Program-made: the position numbers and the translations under genes | The notes under the pieces: generated by a model | The model's database searches: none | What the model was told of the DNA's origin: nothing | What the model saw: only the letters and a program-made list of their open reading frames with translations | Part shown: piece after piece, positions 26,175-39,759 of the stretch | How positions within the stretch are numbered: the stretch's first letter is position 1 | Layout of the letters: each line of letters opens with the position of its first letter | Source: Octopus vulgaris | Taxonomy: Eukaryota | DNA: 64,000 nt | Reading direction: 5' to 3' | NCBI GenBank assembly: GCA_951406725.2 | Contig: OX597823.1 | Span: 18,228,001 to 18,292,000, forward strand

Positions 26175-26870
26175 TAGTATGTATGTATGTATGTATGTAT
26201 GTATGTATGTATGTATGTATGTATGTATGTATGTATTTATGTATGTATGTATGTATGTATGTATGTATGTATGTATTTATGTATGTATGTATGTATGTAT
26301 TTATTTATGTATGTATGTATGTATGTATGTATGTGTGTGTGTGTATGTATGTATGTATTTATGTATGTATGTATGTATGTATGTATGTATGTATTTATGT
26401 ATGTATGTATGTATGTATGTATGTATGTATGTATTTATGTATGTATTTATGTATGTATGTATGTATGTATGTATGTATGTATGTATTTATGTATGTATGT
26501 ATGTATGTATTTATTTATGTATGTATGTATGTATGTATGTATGTGTGTGTGTGTATGTATGTATTTATGTATGTATGTATGTATGTATGTATGTATGTAT
26601 TTATGTATGTATGTATGTATGTATGTATGTATTTATGTATGTATGTATGTATTTATGTATGTATGTATGTATGTATGTATGTATGTATGTATTTATGTAT
26701 GTATGTATGTATGTATTTATTTATGTATGTATGTATGTATGTATGTATGTGTGTGTGTGTGTATGTATGTATGTATTTATGTATGTATGTATGTATGTAT
26801 GTATGTATGTATTTATGTATTTATGTATGTATGTATGTATGTATGTATGTATGTATGTATGTATGTATGT
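26175..26870. repeat. ~700-bp (TATG)n microsatellite with recurring interruptions
   Basis: Directly visible; preceded by a fragment (26130-26172) of the R4-type 3' UTR. Confidence 0.97.
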
Positions 26871-27327
26871 CATAATTAACATTATCTGTCATGTTTGCAA
26901 ATTCTTCTCTCTCTCTTTCTCTCTCTCTCTCCTTCTCTCCCTCACTCCTTTCTTTTTGCCGTACCTATTTCCTATTCCTGGGTGACCAACGTGTTTCCTT
27001 TAAGCGAGACATAATGATATCACTTATCACTGATCTACAATACGTTCCTCTTTCTGCCTGTACTGTTATTCCCCTAGTTTGTAAGATATCTATTCCTGTA
27101 TCACTCTCTGCTGATATCATTATTGGTTCTTCTCTAGATTTCTATTTAAGTCAGTCAAGCTACCACTGGATTACACAGAGCAACAATACACTCAGAGTGG
27201 TGTGCTCGTTTCTCCCTTTACTCTTCAATAGATGCTGTCTGGCTGATACAGTGAGACACTTGCCTCACTCTCTCTATCCCACCGTGTAACATTCATTCTT
27301 TTAATGTCACAGTCGATGTGGAATTTA
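26871..27327. repeat. Unclassified ~460-bp repeat, copy 2
   Basis: Direct copy of 11086-11551; homology ends at a TA followed by a mariner-like TIR. Confidence 0.9.
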
Positions 27328-27425
27328 TTGGGTTGTCCGGAAAGTTCGTGCCGATTTTTAAGGGAAAGAAAAAGGTCTTCCAACCACATAACTATTGCAC
27401 CAGTATTCTTTAAAAATTCTGACAA
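27328..27425. mobile_element. Mariner-like terminus
   Basis: TA|TTGGGTTGTCCGGAAAGTT resembles mariner TIRs; partner end not found. Confidence 0.5.
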
Positions 27426-27607
27426 TGAAGAGATGCGCCATTATTCTGAAACACTGAGAACCTCTGACACTGCAGATGTACACCGATATTCAAAGATATG
27501 GAGTTCAAGTTCTGAGACCAGCGGCATCGAGCTTCTAAACCAACTTAGAAATGCATAAACAATCATATGTTCGAAGACAACAGAGCGAGGCATAACTTTT
27601 GGTAACC

Positions 27608-27841
27608 TATTTCTTTACTGCCCACAAGGCGCTAAACACAAAGAGGACAAACAAGGACAGACAAACGGATTAAGTCGATTATATCGACCCAAGTGCATAA
27701 CTGGTATTTAATTTATCGACCCCGAAAGGATGAAAGGCAAAGTCGACCTCGGCGGAATTTGAACTCAGAACGTAACGGCAGACGAAATACGGCTACGCAT
27801 TTCGCCCGGCGTGCTAACGTTTCTGCCAGCTCGCCGCCTTC
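27608..27841 (-). mobile_element. SINE family C, full length
   Basis: TSD AACTTTT[G/A]GTAACC at 27594-27607 and 27842-27855. Confidence 0.9.
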
Positions 27842-28475
27842 AACTTTTAGTAACCATGAGTAGGTCATTTCTCTGCAGGCACGAAAACCATAGTAATGCT
27901 GAGTGCTGCACTCTGTGTCTTCATGTACATATTGAGACACAACTTGGTATTGTACACTAACGCGGATGTCTGCTGCATTCACACCATGGTGGCGAGAAAC
28001 TTGATAGCAAACTAAATTGGCCTGTTACAAGATACTAGTACATATATTGTGGCTCCACATACTTGCACATATTTACACACACACACGCGCACACATATAT
28101 ATTCATATACATACACACATGCTCACACATAAACACATATAGGACGAGTGAAGTAAAGATATATTAATATTATGCAACGTAAATTCTTGATTTATTGCAA
28201 CGATATCCGCTCCCAAAGAAGGATACGACAGTCGCATAGAAGCAACTGAGATAAACTCCAAATAAGAAGGGGAGATAATTTCAAGAACAGGAATTTCCCA
28301 GAATTGATATGCTTGTAAGGGAAAGACACTCTGATAGTCTGAGACAAGAGGACATCTGTGGGCATGGCTTTCTGCCTCAGTAGGTATGTAACTGTAAAAA
28401 TATTCTATGCTGTCTCCAGTAGACGAGATGTGAGATACGCACTTTGTCTTATATAAAAATGAGAATACATTAATA

Positions 28476-29764
28476 CGAAGCGGTATCAAGAAGTTCCCGG
28501 ACTAGTTCTGTAGCGCGCCAACTGATGGCAGCACACAGTTGTGTACGCAGTGAGAGCTAGTAGTGACCTTCATGAAGCAGTGTGTCAAGTGACATCGCTG
28601 TGTTTACTTTGAAGCTCTTTTACTCTTTTACTTGTTTCAGTCATTTGACTGTGGCCATGCTGGAGCACCGCTTTTAGTCGATGAAATCGACCCCAGGGCT
28701 TATTCTTTGTAAGCCCGGTACTTATTCTTTCGGTCTCTTTTGCCGAACCGCTAAGTTACGGGGACATAAACACATCAGCATCGGTTGTCAAGCGATGTTG
28801 GGGAGGGGGACAAATACAGACACACAAACATAAACACACACACATATATATATATACATATATACGACGGGCTTCTTTCAGTTTCCGTCTACCAAATCCA
28901 CTCACAAGGCTCTGGTCGGCCCGAGGCTATAGCAGAAGATACTTGCCCAAGGTGCCACGCAGTGGGACTGAACCCGAAGCCATGTGGTTGGTAAACAAGC
29001 TACTTACTACACAGCCACGGGAAATTTGTTTTTATGCTCACGTGTATGATGACGTCAGCGATTTTTGTCATGGACAGGAACAAAGAGCCAACGTGAAATT
29101 TTGCGTTAAACTTGGAAAGTCTGCTACAGAGGCATTGAACATGCTTCGGCAATGGATCGTATGCAGTGTTTCGAGTAGCATGGATGCTTCAAAAGCGGAA
29201 GAAAGTTCATAGAAAACCTGCTACGCGCGTTACCCCCGGAAATGTGATATTGTTAATCAAGAATTTGTCCCCCCATTCTTAATCAAGAATTCGGTCTCCC
29301 AGGGCCAAACCATCAATCAAGAGTTCTACTGCGACGTTTTGAAGCGTTCAAAGGAGGATATTCGGTGAAAGTGACCGGATCCGTAGAGCACGACGACAAT
29401 GCACCCTGTCACCGATCTCTCCTCACTCGTGAGTTTCTCGCCAAAAGCAACACTGTAATGTTTCTGCAGCCGCCATATTTGCCAGATTTAACACATGCCG
29501 ACTTCCATCTCTTCCCCAAAATGAAAATGCAGCTCAAAGGTCGCCGTTTTAACACCGTTGTCCAGAGCCAGAGCGAATTGTAGAATTTTTTTAAAACGCT
29601 TACGGAAAACGATTTCCAGACTGGATTCCAAAAGTGGCAGGATCGTGGAACCGGAGTGTTGCTGCGCAAGGTAACTATTTCGAAGGAGATGGTGTTAAAA
29701 CTTAGGTAAATAAGTTATGTTTTATTAAACATAGCTAGTCTTGGAACTTTTTGATACCACCTTG
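28476..29764 (+). mobile_element. Degraded mariner element with both TIRs and TA TSD
   Basis: TIRs CGAAGCGGTATCAAGAAGTTCCCGGACTAG / CAAGGTGGTATCAAAAAGTTCCAAGACTAG; EQRANVKFCVKLGKSATE, HDDNAPCH and PPYLPDLTHADFHLFPKMK motifs. Confidence 0.9.
28615..29017 (-). mobile_element. SINE family B nested in the mariner
   Basis: Homology to 16981-17375. Confidence 0.9.
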
Positions 29765-30211
29765 TACATTGCATAATTTAAACAAAAAAATAAGCTAATT
29801 GTAATAACTTAGAGTGGCGAATGGCATATACTTGAGCTTCTATTAGCAAGAAATTCTGAAATAAATTAAATAATGTCATACATATATTCGCTTATATGTA
29901 TACATTAGAGAACCGCTCACAGATCTACACATCATCATCATTATCATTATCACCACTGTTGCATATTCCACGATTGATGTCCCCTCTCCGCTGATTAGTT
30001 TATGTAAACAAGATTAAGAGAAAATGTAAACTGGAACGCTAGAAGTCCTTAAAAGAGACTGAGCATGATGTAACATGAAAAAATAGACAGACGAAAAGGA
30101 GGGATTCATCACAAGTCCTAGATTGAAGCTGGACAAATATATGACGTCATATAAATTTTACATCTTTGTAGAACATGAGACATCAAGCTGTACAACTTGG
30201 CAGACAGAATG

Positions 30212-30428
30212 AGCCGACATATTTGGAAGAGATTGACATGTTTGACAAAAATTAACATATTTGACAGAAATTGACATGTTTGACAGAAAATTACATGTTT
30301 GACGGCGATTGACATATTTGGCAGAACTTGACATGTGACAGAGATTAACATGTTTAACAGAGATTGGCATGTTTGAGAGAGATTGACATGTTTGAGAGAG
30401 ATTGACGTGTTTGACAGAGACTGACATA
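30212..30428. repeat. 19-bp minisatellite (~11 units, consensus GATTGACATGTTTGACAGA)
   Basis: Directly visible tandem units. Confidence 0.88.
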
Positions 30429-31451
30429 ATAGTGGCGTCAAATCATGTATCTTCACGGGAAGAACATGAAATGAAGTCACAGCACACAAATTCATGGAAC
30501 ATAGGACGTTAGACCGCACGTCTTCACGTGAGGTAACATTTCACGCTGCGTCACAGGACACATTTTGATAGAAAATGTGACATCTGGTCTGACATCTTGA
30601 CATAAGGGATCATTTAACGCTACAAGTTTTGACAGAGCGCGCAACATCATAGTTTACATTGCGGTATAATATAATAATTAATGTGACCCCACAACACACA
30701 TCTCAACAAAGCATACGATATGAGACTGCACGTCATAACGTTATAGATCATTAGGCGTGACGTCACATTACACATCTTGACAGAACACGCAACGTCATAG
30801 TTGACATCCTTACATAATAAAGAACGACTGATGTGACGTCACAACACATTCCTTGACAACATAAACGTCGAACTTGACATCTTAGCATAATATAGAACAA
30901 TTACTGTGTTGTCACATTACACAACCTAGAACATGTTCCGTCATACGACGCACTTTGACGTAATGGCACACTTAGCCCAACGTCACAGAAGACAACATAT
31001 TCAGGCTGCACGTCACGACAGACAGCACGAAATAACAGAAATGATGACCTCATAGTTTGCATTTTAACTGAAGTGGTGATATTACTTTTCTAGCTGGGGT
31101 GACTTTAAACTGCAGATGTTAGCAAAATGCCGTAATAAATGAAATTCTTTTATCTTCGTCTAAGAGATTTCCGGAGTGAAACATTAGAAGCTGCTTTAAA
31201 ATTTTACAAGGCAACATTTCAGTGTATACATTGTTCCTGATCTGCTAACAGTAAATCTTTGCACTATTTCTCGATATGGTAGAATTAACAGCAAAGTCTC
31301 CTACGTATATGCAACACACAGATACAGACATACACACACACACACACACACGCACTCCACATAAGCGTACAAATAAGCGTATAAATATACATATGTACAT
31401 ATACACACGCCCATGCACTTACGAACAAATTCACTAACCCACAAATTCAGG

Positions 31452-31490
<39 letters not shown>

Positions 31491-31602
31491 CAAATATCAG
31501 ACAAACACTCATTCGAGTAAGCGCTCAAACGTACATATGCACACACGTTCTCACCCATGCACACACAACCACTTACACGGCATGCAGACGCGCATAGACA
31601 CT

Positions 31603-31705
31603 GGTCTGATCAATAAGTATCCGGACTGTTGCCATAGTAACGAAGCTCAAGCATGCAGAGTAAAACCGCTCGGTACAAACTGACCTTCAGCTCTGCTATG
31701 CGCGT
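31603..31705 (+). mobile_element. Isolated mariner 5' terminus (same family as 32437-33322)
   Basis: GGTCTGATCAATAAGTATCCGGACTGTTGCCATAGTAACGAAGCT. Confidence 0.75.
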
Positions 31706-31807
31706 ATCTGTGTTTGACAGAACGTGTCTTTGTGTGTAAATGTGCGTGAGTTTCATATATGAATCTGTGTCTGAGCGTTTGCGTGTATGTGTATATATAT
31801 ATATATA

Positions 31808-32031
31808 TCTTTACTCTTTTACTCTTTTACTTGTTTCAGTCATTTGGCTGCGGCCATGCTGGAGCACCGCCTTTAGTCGAATCAAATCGACCCCGGGACT
31901 TATTCTTTTGTAAGCCCAGTACTTATTCTATCGGTCTCTTTTGCCGAACAGCTAAGTGACGAGGACGCAAACACACCAGCATCGGTTGTCAAGCAATGCG
32001 AAGGGGACAAACACAGACACACAAACATATG

Positions 32032-32091
<60 letters not shown>

Positions 32092-32261
32092 TATATACGA
32101 CGGGCTTCTTTCAGTTTCCATCTACCAAATCCACTCACAAGGCATTGGTCGGCCCAGGGCTATAGCAGAAGACACTTGCCCAAGATGCCACGCAGTGGGA
32201 CTGAACCCGGAACCATATGGTTGGTAAGCAAGCTACTTACCACACAGCCACTCATGCGCCT
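31808..32261 (-). mobile_element. SINE family B, full length
   Basis: Homology to 16981-17375; internal (TA)n. Confidence 0.9.
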
Positions 32262-32279
32262 ATATATATATATATATAT

Positions 32280-32436
32280 AGGGAGTGTTTACGAAAAAAA
32301 ACAAAAGACGAAAACATGTGGTGTACAAAACAAACAGATGTATTAGTATAACGCTCAGGAATAGAAAAAGTCTTTTACGTTTCGAGCCTACGCTCTTCTA
32401 CAGAAAGGGACACAGAAAAAAAAACAAGGAAAGAAA
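32280..32436 (-). mobile_element. Penelope-like terminal-repeat family F, copy 3 (hammerhead-like fold 32372-32407)
   Basis: Fold identical to 742-777; follows (TA)n. Confidence 0.65.
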
Positions 32437-33322
32437 CAGAGGTCTGATCAATAAGTATCCGAATTGTTGCCATCGTAACGAAGCTAAAACATGCAGAGTG
32501 AAACTGCTTGGCAAAGATTGAAACTTAACTCTGCTGTGCATGCGCACTAAGTTTTAACGTTCTAGCTCACTTCCGCTGTTTATAGTAGTGCTTGGTAGGA
32601 AGGTTTGTAGCGTGTGATCGTCGCATTGACCATAAAAGAGAAAGTTGAGCAGAGAATCTGCATCAAGTTTTGCCAAAAGCTTGGTGATACCTGCTCAGAG
32701 TCCTACACAAAGTTTTCAAAAAGTTTTCATCCTTCTCGACACAATCAAGGAGATCTTGTGCAACTAAAACCCGAGTGTCATTTTTGGTCAGCTGAAAGTA
32801 GTTTTGGCACAAACTTGGCAGACATGCGTCCCATACCCAAATCTTCATTGATAATGGAGTGAACTGAGCCGTAACTAATTTACACATCCTCTGATAACTC
32901 CGGGATGATGATTCGACGTTTTCCCCTCACATCTGCGATGTTTTTCTCAGTTCTGCTGGTTGCAGATCTCCCAAAACATTTGTCAATATCGGCATTTTTC
33001 GGCCATTTTGGAAACGTCTGAACCACTCATACACATGTGTGCGGCTCATACACTCTTCTCCATACACTTTCTGCAACTTTGCTTTGGCCCCTGAGCAGGT
33101 ATCACCATGACAGCTTTCTTTGTCATGGTCGATTCGCCGATCACACGCTACACACCTTCCTTCCAAGCACTGCCGTAAACAGCAGAAGTGAGCTAGAACG
33201 TTAAAACTTAGTGTGCATGCACAACAGAGCTCAAGGTCAGTCTTTTCCGAGCAGTTTCACTCTGTGTGATTTAGCTTCGTTACTATGGCAACAGCCCGGA
33301 TACTTATTGATCAGAGCTCTCA
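32437..33322. mobile_element. Palindromic mariner derivative made of two inverted 5' halves
   Basis: + arm encodes EQRICIKFCQKLGDTCSE; - arm encodes LQKVYGEECMSRTHVYEWFRRF...AKFVPKLLS...DENFLKT; ~270-bp inverted homology. Confidence 0.85.
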
Positions 33323-33371
33323 TATATACACATACACACGCAAACACTCAGACACGGTTTCTTATATGAAA

Positions 33372-33603
33372 GGCGGCGAGCTGGCAGAAACGTTAGCACG
33401 CCAGGCGAAATGCCTAGTCGCATTTCGTCTGCCGTTACGTTCTGCGTTCAAATTCCGCCGAGGTCGACTTTGCCTTTCATCCTTTCGGGGTCGATTAAAT
33501 AAGTACCAGTTACGCACTGGGGTCGATATAACCGACTTAATCCGTTTGTCTGTCCTTCTTTGTCCCCCTCTGTGTTTAGCCCCTTGTGGGTAGTAAAGAA
33601 ATA
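33372..33603 (+). mobile_element. SINE family C, full length
   Basis: 16-bp TSD GGTTTCTTATATGAAA at 33356-33371 and 33604-33619. Confidence 0.92.
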
Positions 33604-34131
33604 GGTTTCTTATATGAAACTCACGCACAACGCATACACACACATACACACGCATACACATGCATACACATGCATATACATGCGTACACTCACACACAAA
33701 CTTGCATGCGCAGATTCACATACGAATATAAACAAACTTTAACACAGAAAGTTACAAACGCATACAAGCCTATAAATTAATAAATGCACGTGCACACACA
33801 CGCACAAGCACACACATTCACACACCCCGCAATCCCATACATCCATACGCACGCACATTTACATATGCACGTACATACATGCGTAAATGCGCGCAACCAA
33901 ACACACACAGGTAGACATGCATAAATACAGATACACGTGTATGTTTGCCCATTCGCACGAACACACGTTCACGGCCGACAGGTGTTATCAGAGAACCAGA
34001 TAGAATACTTTCAAGTGTTCATACTGGATCCCTGCATCCTGGGTTCAAATGCCGCTGAGATCAACTTGGCCATTCATTTTTTTTTTTCAGGGATCGATAA
34101 ATAAAGTACGAGTTAACTGTTGGGTATCAAT

Positions 34132-34203
<72 letters not shown>

Positions 34204-34311
34204 CAGACACTCACTCACTCTGTCATAGATACATATGTATGTATATATGTATGCGTGTATGAAGGTACGTATACACATACATATAGACATGCATACACAC
34301 ATACATACATG

Positions 34312-34355
<44 letters not shown>

Positions 34356-34377
34356 TGCGTGTGTGCATGTATGCAAG

Positions 34378-34770
34378 TATGGCTGTGTGGTAAGAAGCTT
34401 GCTTCCCAACCACACGGCTTCGGGTTCAATCCCACTGTGTAGCACCTTGGGCAAGTGTCTTCTACTATACCCCGGGCCGACCAAAGTCTTGTCAGTGGAT
34501 TTGGTGGACAGATACTGACGGCACGCTGTATCCTTGAGCAAGACACTTTATTTCAAGTTGCTTCAGTACTCTCTGTACTGAGTCGTACTTGTATTTCAAA
34601 GGGCCAGCCTTGACACATTCTGTGTCACTCTGAATCCTTCTGAGAACTACATTAAGGACATCCATGACTGTGGAGTGCTCAACCTCTCGCACGTTGATTT
34701 CATGAGCAGGTTGTTCCGTTGATCAGATCAACTGGAACCTTTGTCATCGTCGTAATCGACGGAGTACCAA
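34378..34770 (+). mobile_element. Family B head abutting a family D/A-type body
   Basis: 34378-34518 matches the B head; 34520-34770 matches CCTTGAGCAAGACACTTTATTTC plus the family A 3' body. Confidence 0.7.
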
Positions 34771-35102
34771 TTTTACAATTTTTTTTTTTTTTTTGTAGTT
34801 GTGGTGGTGGTTGTTCCGTAGCCAAGGATCACTCCTGATTGTCAGCATCAGCAGAAGCAGTTTTGTCATCGCCATCATTACTATGGCAATGTCATCTTTG
34901 TCTTCGTCGTCATCCTCATCATTGCGAACATCATCATCATCATCATTAATATCGTTATCATCACCATCATCGTCATCGTCGTCGTCGACATCATCTTCAG
35001 CATCATTATCATCATCATCATCATCACCATCATTATCAATATGATAAATTCACTGATGTCCCCCAAACCTCCAACCACTCAACCATGGAATCGAACGAAC
35101 AG

Positions 35103-35336
35103 AAGGCGGCGAGCTGGCAAAATCGTTAGCACGCTGGGCGAAATGCTTAGCGGCATTTTATCTGCCGCTACGTTCTGAGTTCAAATTCCGCCGAGGTCGA
35201 CTTTACCTTTCATCTTTTCAGAGTCGATTAAATAAATACCAGTTACGCACTGGGGTCGATATAATCGACTTAATCCGTTTGTCTGTCCTTGTTTGTCCCC
35301 TCTGTGTGTAGCCCCCTTGTGGGTAGTAAAGAAATA
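35103..35336 (+). mobile_element. SINE family C, full length
   Basis: GGAATCGAACGA direct repeat at 35087-35098 and 35337-35348. Confidence 0.9.
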
Positions 35337-36142
35337 GGAATCGAACGACGTCACCGCCCCCACCTCAATTGCAAACCCAACTCCAACACCCCACCGACTG
35401 CACCACCATGACTATTACTACATCAGTGTGACGGACACTTTCAATACCACCACCACCACCACCATCACCACTACCCTTCACTAATACGCTACCACCAACA
35501 CCACAACGACCATCACCACTACCACCAACACCACCACTAACACTAACACCACCACTACTATCACCACCACCACGAACACCGCCACTACCATCATCACTAC
35601 CACCATCACCACCACCACTATCGTCACCACCACATCCGCCATCACCACCACTGCTACCATCACCACCAGCACCACCACAATCACCACCAACATTACCACC
35701 ACCACCACCACCACTACCATCACCACCAACACCACCACTACTATCACCACTACCACCAACAACACCACTACCATCACCACCAAAACCATCACTACCACTA
35801 ACACCACTACCACGAACACCACCACTACCATCACCACCACCACCACCACCACCAGCATTACCCTACAGCTGCACTGTAATTACGAGCGTCACCCCTACCT
35901 CAATAAAGACTGCAGAATGATAGAATGAATGATAGAAATTGCAGTTGGCTTGCACTGGCTGCGGTGGTGCCATCTAGTGCAAAGTCTGGAACTAGAATCT
36001 CGGCCTAGATTTGTTCCGCCATATAACAAAATCCTGCTAAGCAAATTTGTGTGTGCATGTGTATGTGTGTGTGCTTGTGTGTGTGTGTGTGTGTATTTGC
36101 GTGTATATGCAAAGGAATTTGCATATTTAATATACATACACA

Positions 36143-36347
36143 CAGTAATCCCTCACCGGTTTGTTATTTAACTTTCTGTCGATTCTTCCGTGGTGTTGCT
36201 TTGCATTTATAACTAAAATAAATATATACAAATGAAAAATTAGTTAAAATAAAAAACATAGAGTACAGCACTGTTTCAACTTCGCGGATTTCCATCTATC
36301 GCAGGGCGTTTTGGGACGTAACACTCGCGATAGTCGAGGGATTACTA
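36143..36347. mobile_element. pogo/Tigger-like MITE
   Basis: TIRs CAGTAATCCCTC / GAGGGATTACT[A], followed by TA. Confidence 0.7.
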
Positions 36348-36381
36348 TATGTATTTATATACACACATATATATATATACA

Positions 36382-36425
<44 letters not shown>

Positions 36426-36454
36426 GTATATATATATATATATATATATAATGA

Positions 36455-36679
36455 GAGTAGATGAAACCATGGCGACTTAAGAAAGGGTTTTTTCCTTGTG
36501 TTATTTGTCCTGTACTCTATTTTTTTGTTGTTTAAGAAAAATGTCCAGTTCCTTGGGTTTGTGTCTATGTTTTCGTTTCTCATTGTGTTTTTTTTTTTTT
36601 GGTGTCCTGTACTCATATATACATGTAGAGGTAGGTACGTACATATATGTATATATATATGCATATGTTTTATTTATTA

Positions 36680-36685
<6 letters not shown>
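36455..36685. repeat. Dispersed repeat, partial copy of 39985-40225
   Basis: Shared GAGTAGATGAAACCAT...GTAGAGGTAGGTACGTAC; flanked by (TA)n. Confidence 0.85.
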
Positions 36686-36739
<54 letters not shown>

Positions 36740-36943
36740 CTCTTACTTTATTATCATCTTATAATCATCTCATAATGACTCTTATGACTCTTATTACTAC
36801 CTCAGTCCATCTAAATGTATATATTTGGCGTTACCTTTCATAAAAAGCCGTTTTTTATTTGCAGTGTGCATTTTCGTTGATTTTTCATATTTTACCCTTA
36901 CATTTCCACGTGTATCTTATATTTTCTTTTTGTAACATATTTC

Positions 36944-37036
<93 letters not shown>

Positions 37037-37045
37037 CATATATAT

Positions 37046-37541
37046 ATAAATATAAGAGAGTAACCACCAGCACTAAAAATAGATCCGATGGGTTTCAACC
37101 ACATAAAAAATGTTTCCAATGAAAGTTAGCACAACTACTGGCGCAGACAGGGCAAATAAACATAACAAAAATGTAAATTAATTCGGGACAATTGTTTCGC
37201 TATTAATAAATTAATAAATTATGTAATTTTACTCACATAATATACTTTTATCGGTAGCTCATCGGCCGAACCCGTTTAGAATACAATTTACTCGACCGCA
37301 CGCTAGACTTTACCATCACGATAAACGCACGTGCGGTCCAGTCGATTGCCACGGCCCGCCAAAATTCACGGAAACAGATACTACATCCAAAATTAAATGT
37401 AGCATAATTACAATCAACTAATAAGGGTGAGAAAATTGGATACTAATTTAATAATACATCCATTTAACACCGAGTGGCTTAGTGCGTACAAAACCCGGAT
37501 TACGATACATTTTATACATAAATATAAGAGAGTGACCACCA
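37046..37541 (-). mobile_element. 472-bp terminally redundant element with hammerhead fold (retrozyme/Penelope-LTR-like)
   Basis: 24-bp direct repeat at 37046-37069 and 37518-37541; hammerhead 37182-37270; embedded in (TA)n. Confidence 0.55.
37182..37270 (-). ncRNA. Type-I hammerhead-like ribozyme (U4C core variant, long loop II)
   Basis: TTCGG-CCGATGA-GCTA-(long AT-rich loop)-TAGC-GAAA-CAATTG-TC-CCGAA; 5-bp stem I, GUC cleavage triplet. Confidence 0.6.
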
Positions 37542-37554
37542 TGTGGTCTACTCT

Positions 37555-37602
<48 letters not shown>

Positions 37603-37604
<2 letters not shown>

Positions 37605-37890
37605 TGGCATTCCGTCGGTTACGACGACGAGGGTCCCAGCTGATACGATCAACGGAACAGCTTGTGACTGTACACTCCAAAGACACGTGTACCCTTAACG
37701 TAGTTCTCAGGGAGATTCAGCGTGACACACAGTGGGACAAGGCTGAGCCTTTGAAATACAGGTACAACTCATTTTTGCCAACTGAGTGGACTGGAGCAAC
37801 GTGAAATAAAGTGTCTTGCTTAAGGACACAACGCGTTGCCGGAAACTGAACTCATGATCTTACGATCGTAAGCCGAATACCCGAACCACA
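37603..37890 (-). mobile_element. SINE family D (different middle, shares family A 3' body)
   Basis: tRNA-like head, AAGCAAGACACTTTATTTCAC middle, CTCGTCGTCGTAACCGACGG tail. Confidence 0.75.
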
Positions 37891-38194
37891 AGAGTATTTC
37901 TACATCCGGCATTCAGATGGAATGTCATCACATATGCTAGTTAAACCACAGGTGAGACGCTGACAGGTGTTACTACACTCTAGGTGAAACTGGATCTGGG
38001 AACAATAATGGCTAACAAGTGGTTCCACTCTCCTGAAAACCCTGGAACTTCTGAAACAGATCTCCACAACTGGAGGCAGTTTAAGGAACACCCAGACACA
38101 TACGTGCGCGCACACACACGTACACACACACGCTCACACGCGCGCGCGCGCGCAAGCATGAGTGAGGAAGATAGAGAGGGAGAGGGAGACTGAA

Positions 38195-38272
<78 letters not shown>

Positions 38273-38453
38273 CATACACACGCATATACATACATGCATA
38301 TGTGCATATATATATACGTACATACACACACATACATACATACTTGAATACATACATATACACACACATACATACATACATACATACATACATACATACA
38401 TACATACATACATACATACATACATACATACATACATACATACATACATACAT

Positions 38454-38670
38454 ACTGCCAAAATACCAATCTTGAGAAATTGGGCTTCCCCAATCTTGAA
38501 AGGAGAAAGCTGATTCGAAGACTACAGATCCAATCTATCACTGGAACTGTAAAAATCTGTAAAACTCTCCAGAAGTTAATCATTTAAGTATTTATGAGCA
38601 TGTCTAGATATGCAGCTATATGCATGAGAAGATATACATAAAACAAAATATACAAATCTGCATGTATACA
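38454..38670 (+). mobile_element. R4-type LINE 3' end between (CATA)n tracts
   Basis: NLEKLGFPNLERRKLIRRLQIQSITGTVKICKTLQKLII*. Confidence 0.72.
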
Positions 38671-38722
38671 TGCATACATACATACATACATACATACATA
38701 CATACATACATACATACATACA

Positions 38723-38756
<34 letters not shown>

Positions 38757-38920
38757 CATACATACATGCATACATACATACATACATATATATATAAGGA
38801 AATGGAGAAATACACCTTAATCAACTACCAGATAATACCCCAACGTTGTTGGGTGCTTTACTGGCAGTATATTGGATATATGTTATCCCATGATGGGTCG
38901 CACTCACAACCCCTATCTCA

Positions 38921-39231
<311 letters not shown>

Positions 39232-39690
39232 GTCTCTGAACAACTGCTTCGAAACTTCCAGCTCCTATGTCCAGACTATAAATTCATATTCATAACAATA
39301 ATAATTGGAGCACTAGGTTTTGTAAGCAAATGCTTCAAGGAGAATCTGGATAAACTGGGATCTTCAGAAAGAGAAATCGACCGCCTAATCCGTACAATAC
39401 AAGTGTAATCTGTGAGTGGAACTGTAAAAATACGCAAGACTTTTCTCAAGTTCCAAATGTGAACTTGTCTGTGCTAACTACATCTCAAAGATGGAGCCTT
39501 TTATCTTTGTTGGGAACCGACTCCCTCCTCAGTGGAAGAATTATAATAATTAAAAGATAGAAGAGACGTACATACAAAAAAAGCCTGTTGTTGATGTTGA
39601 AATTCCAATGAAGGAGCAATGGATCTAGGTTAGAAACCGACTCTTTATCTATTGGCAAGAAATCCTAAATGAAACTGAATAATGATATAC
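39232..39690 (+). mobile_element. R4-type LINE 3' end followed by (CATA)n
   Basis: YKFIFITIIIGALGFVSKCFKENLDKLG...GTVKIRKTFLKF; 3' UTR end shared with 12110-12220. Confidence 0.75.
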
Positions 39691-39759
39691 ATGCATGCAT
39701 ACATACATACATACATACATACATACATACATACATACATACATACATACATGCATACA

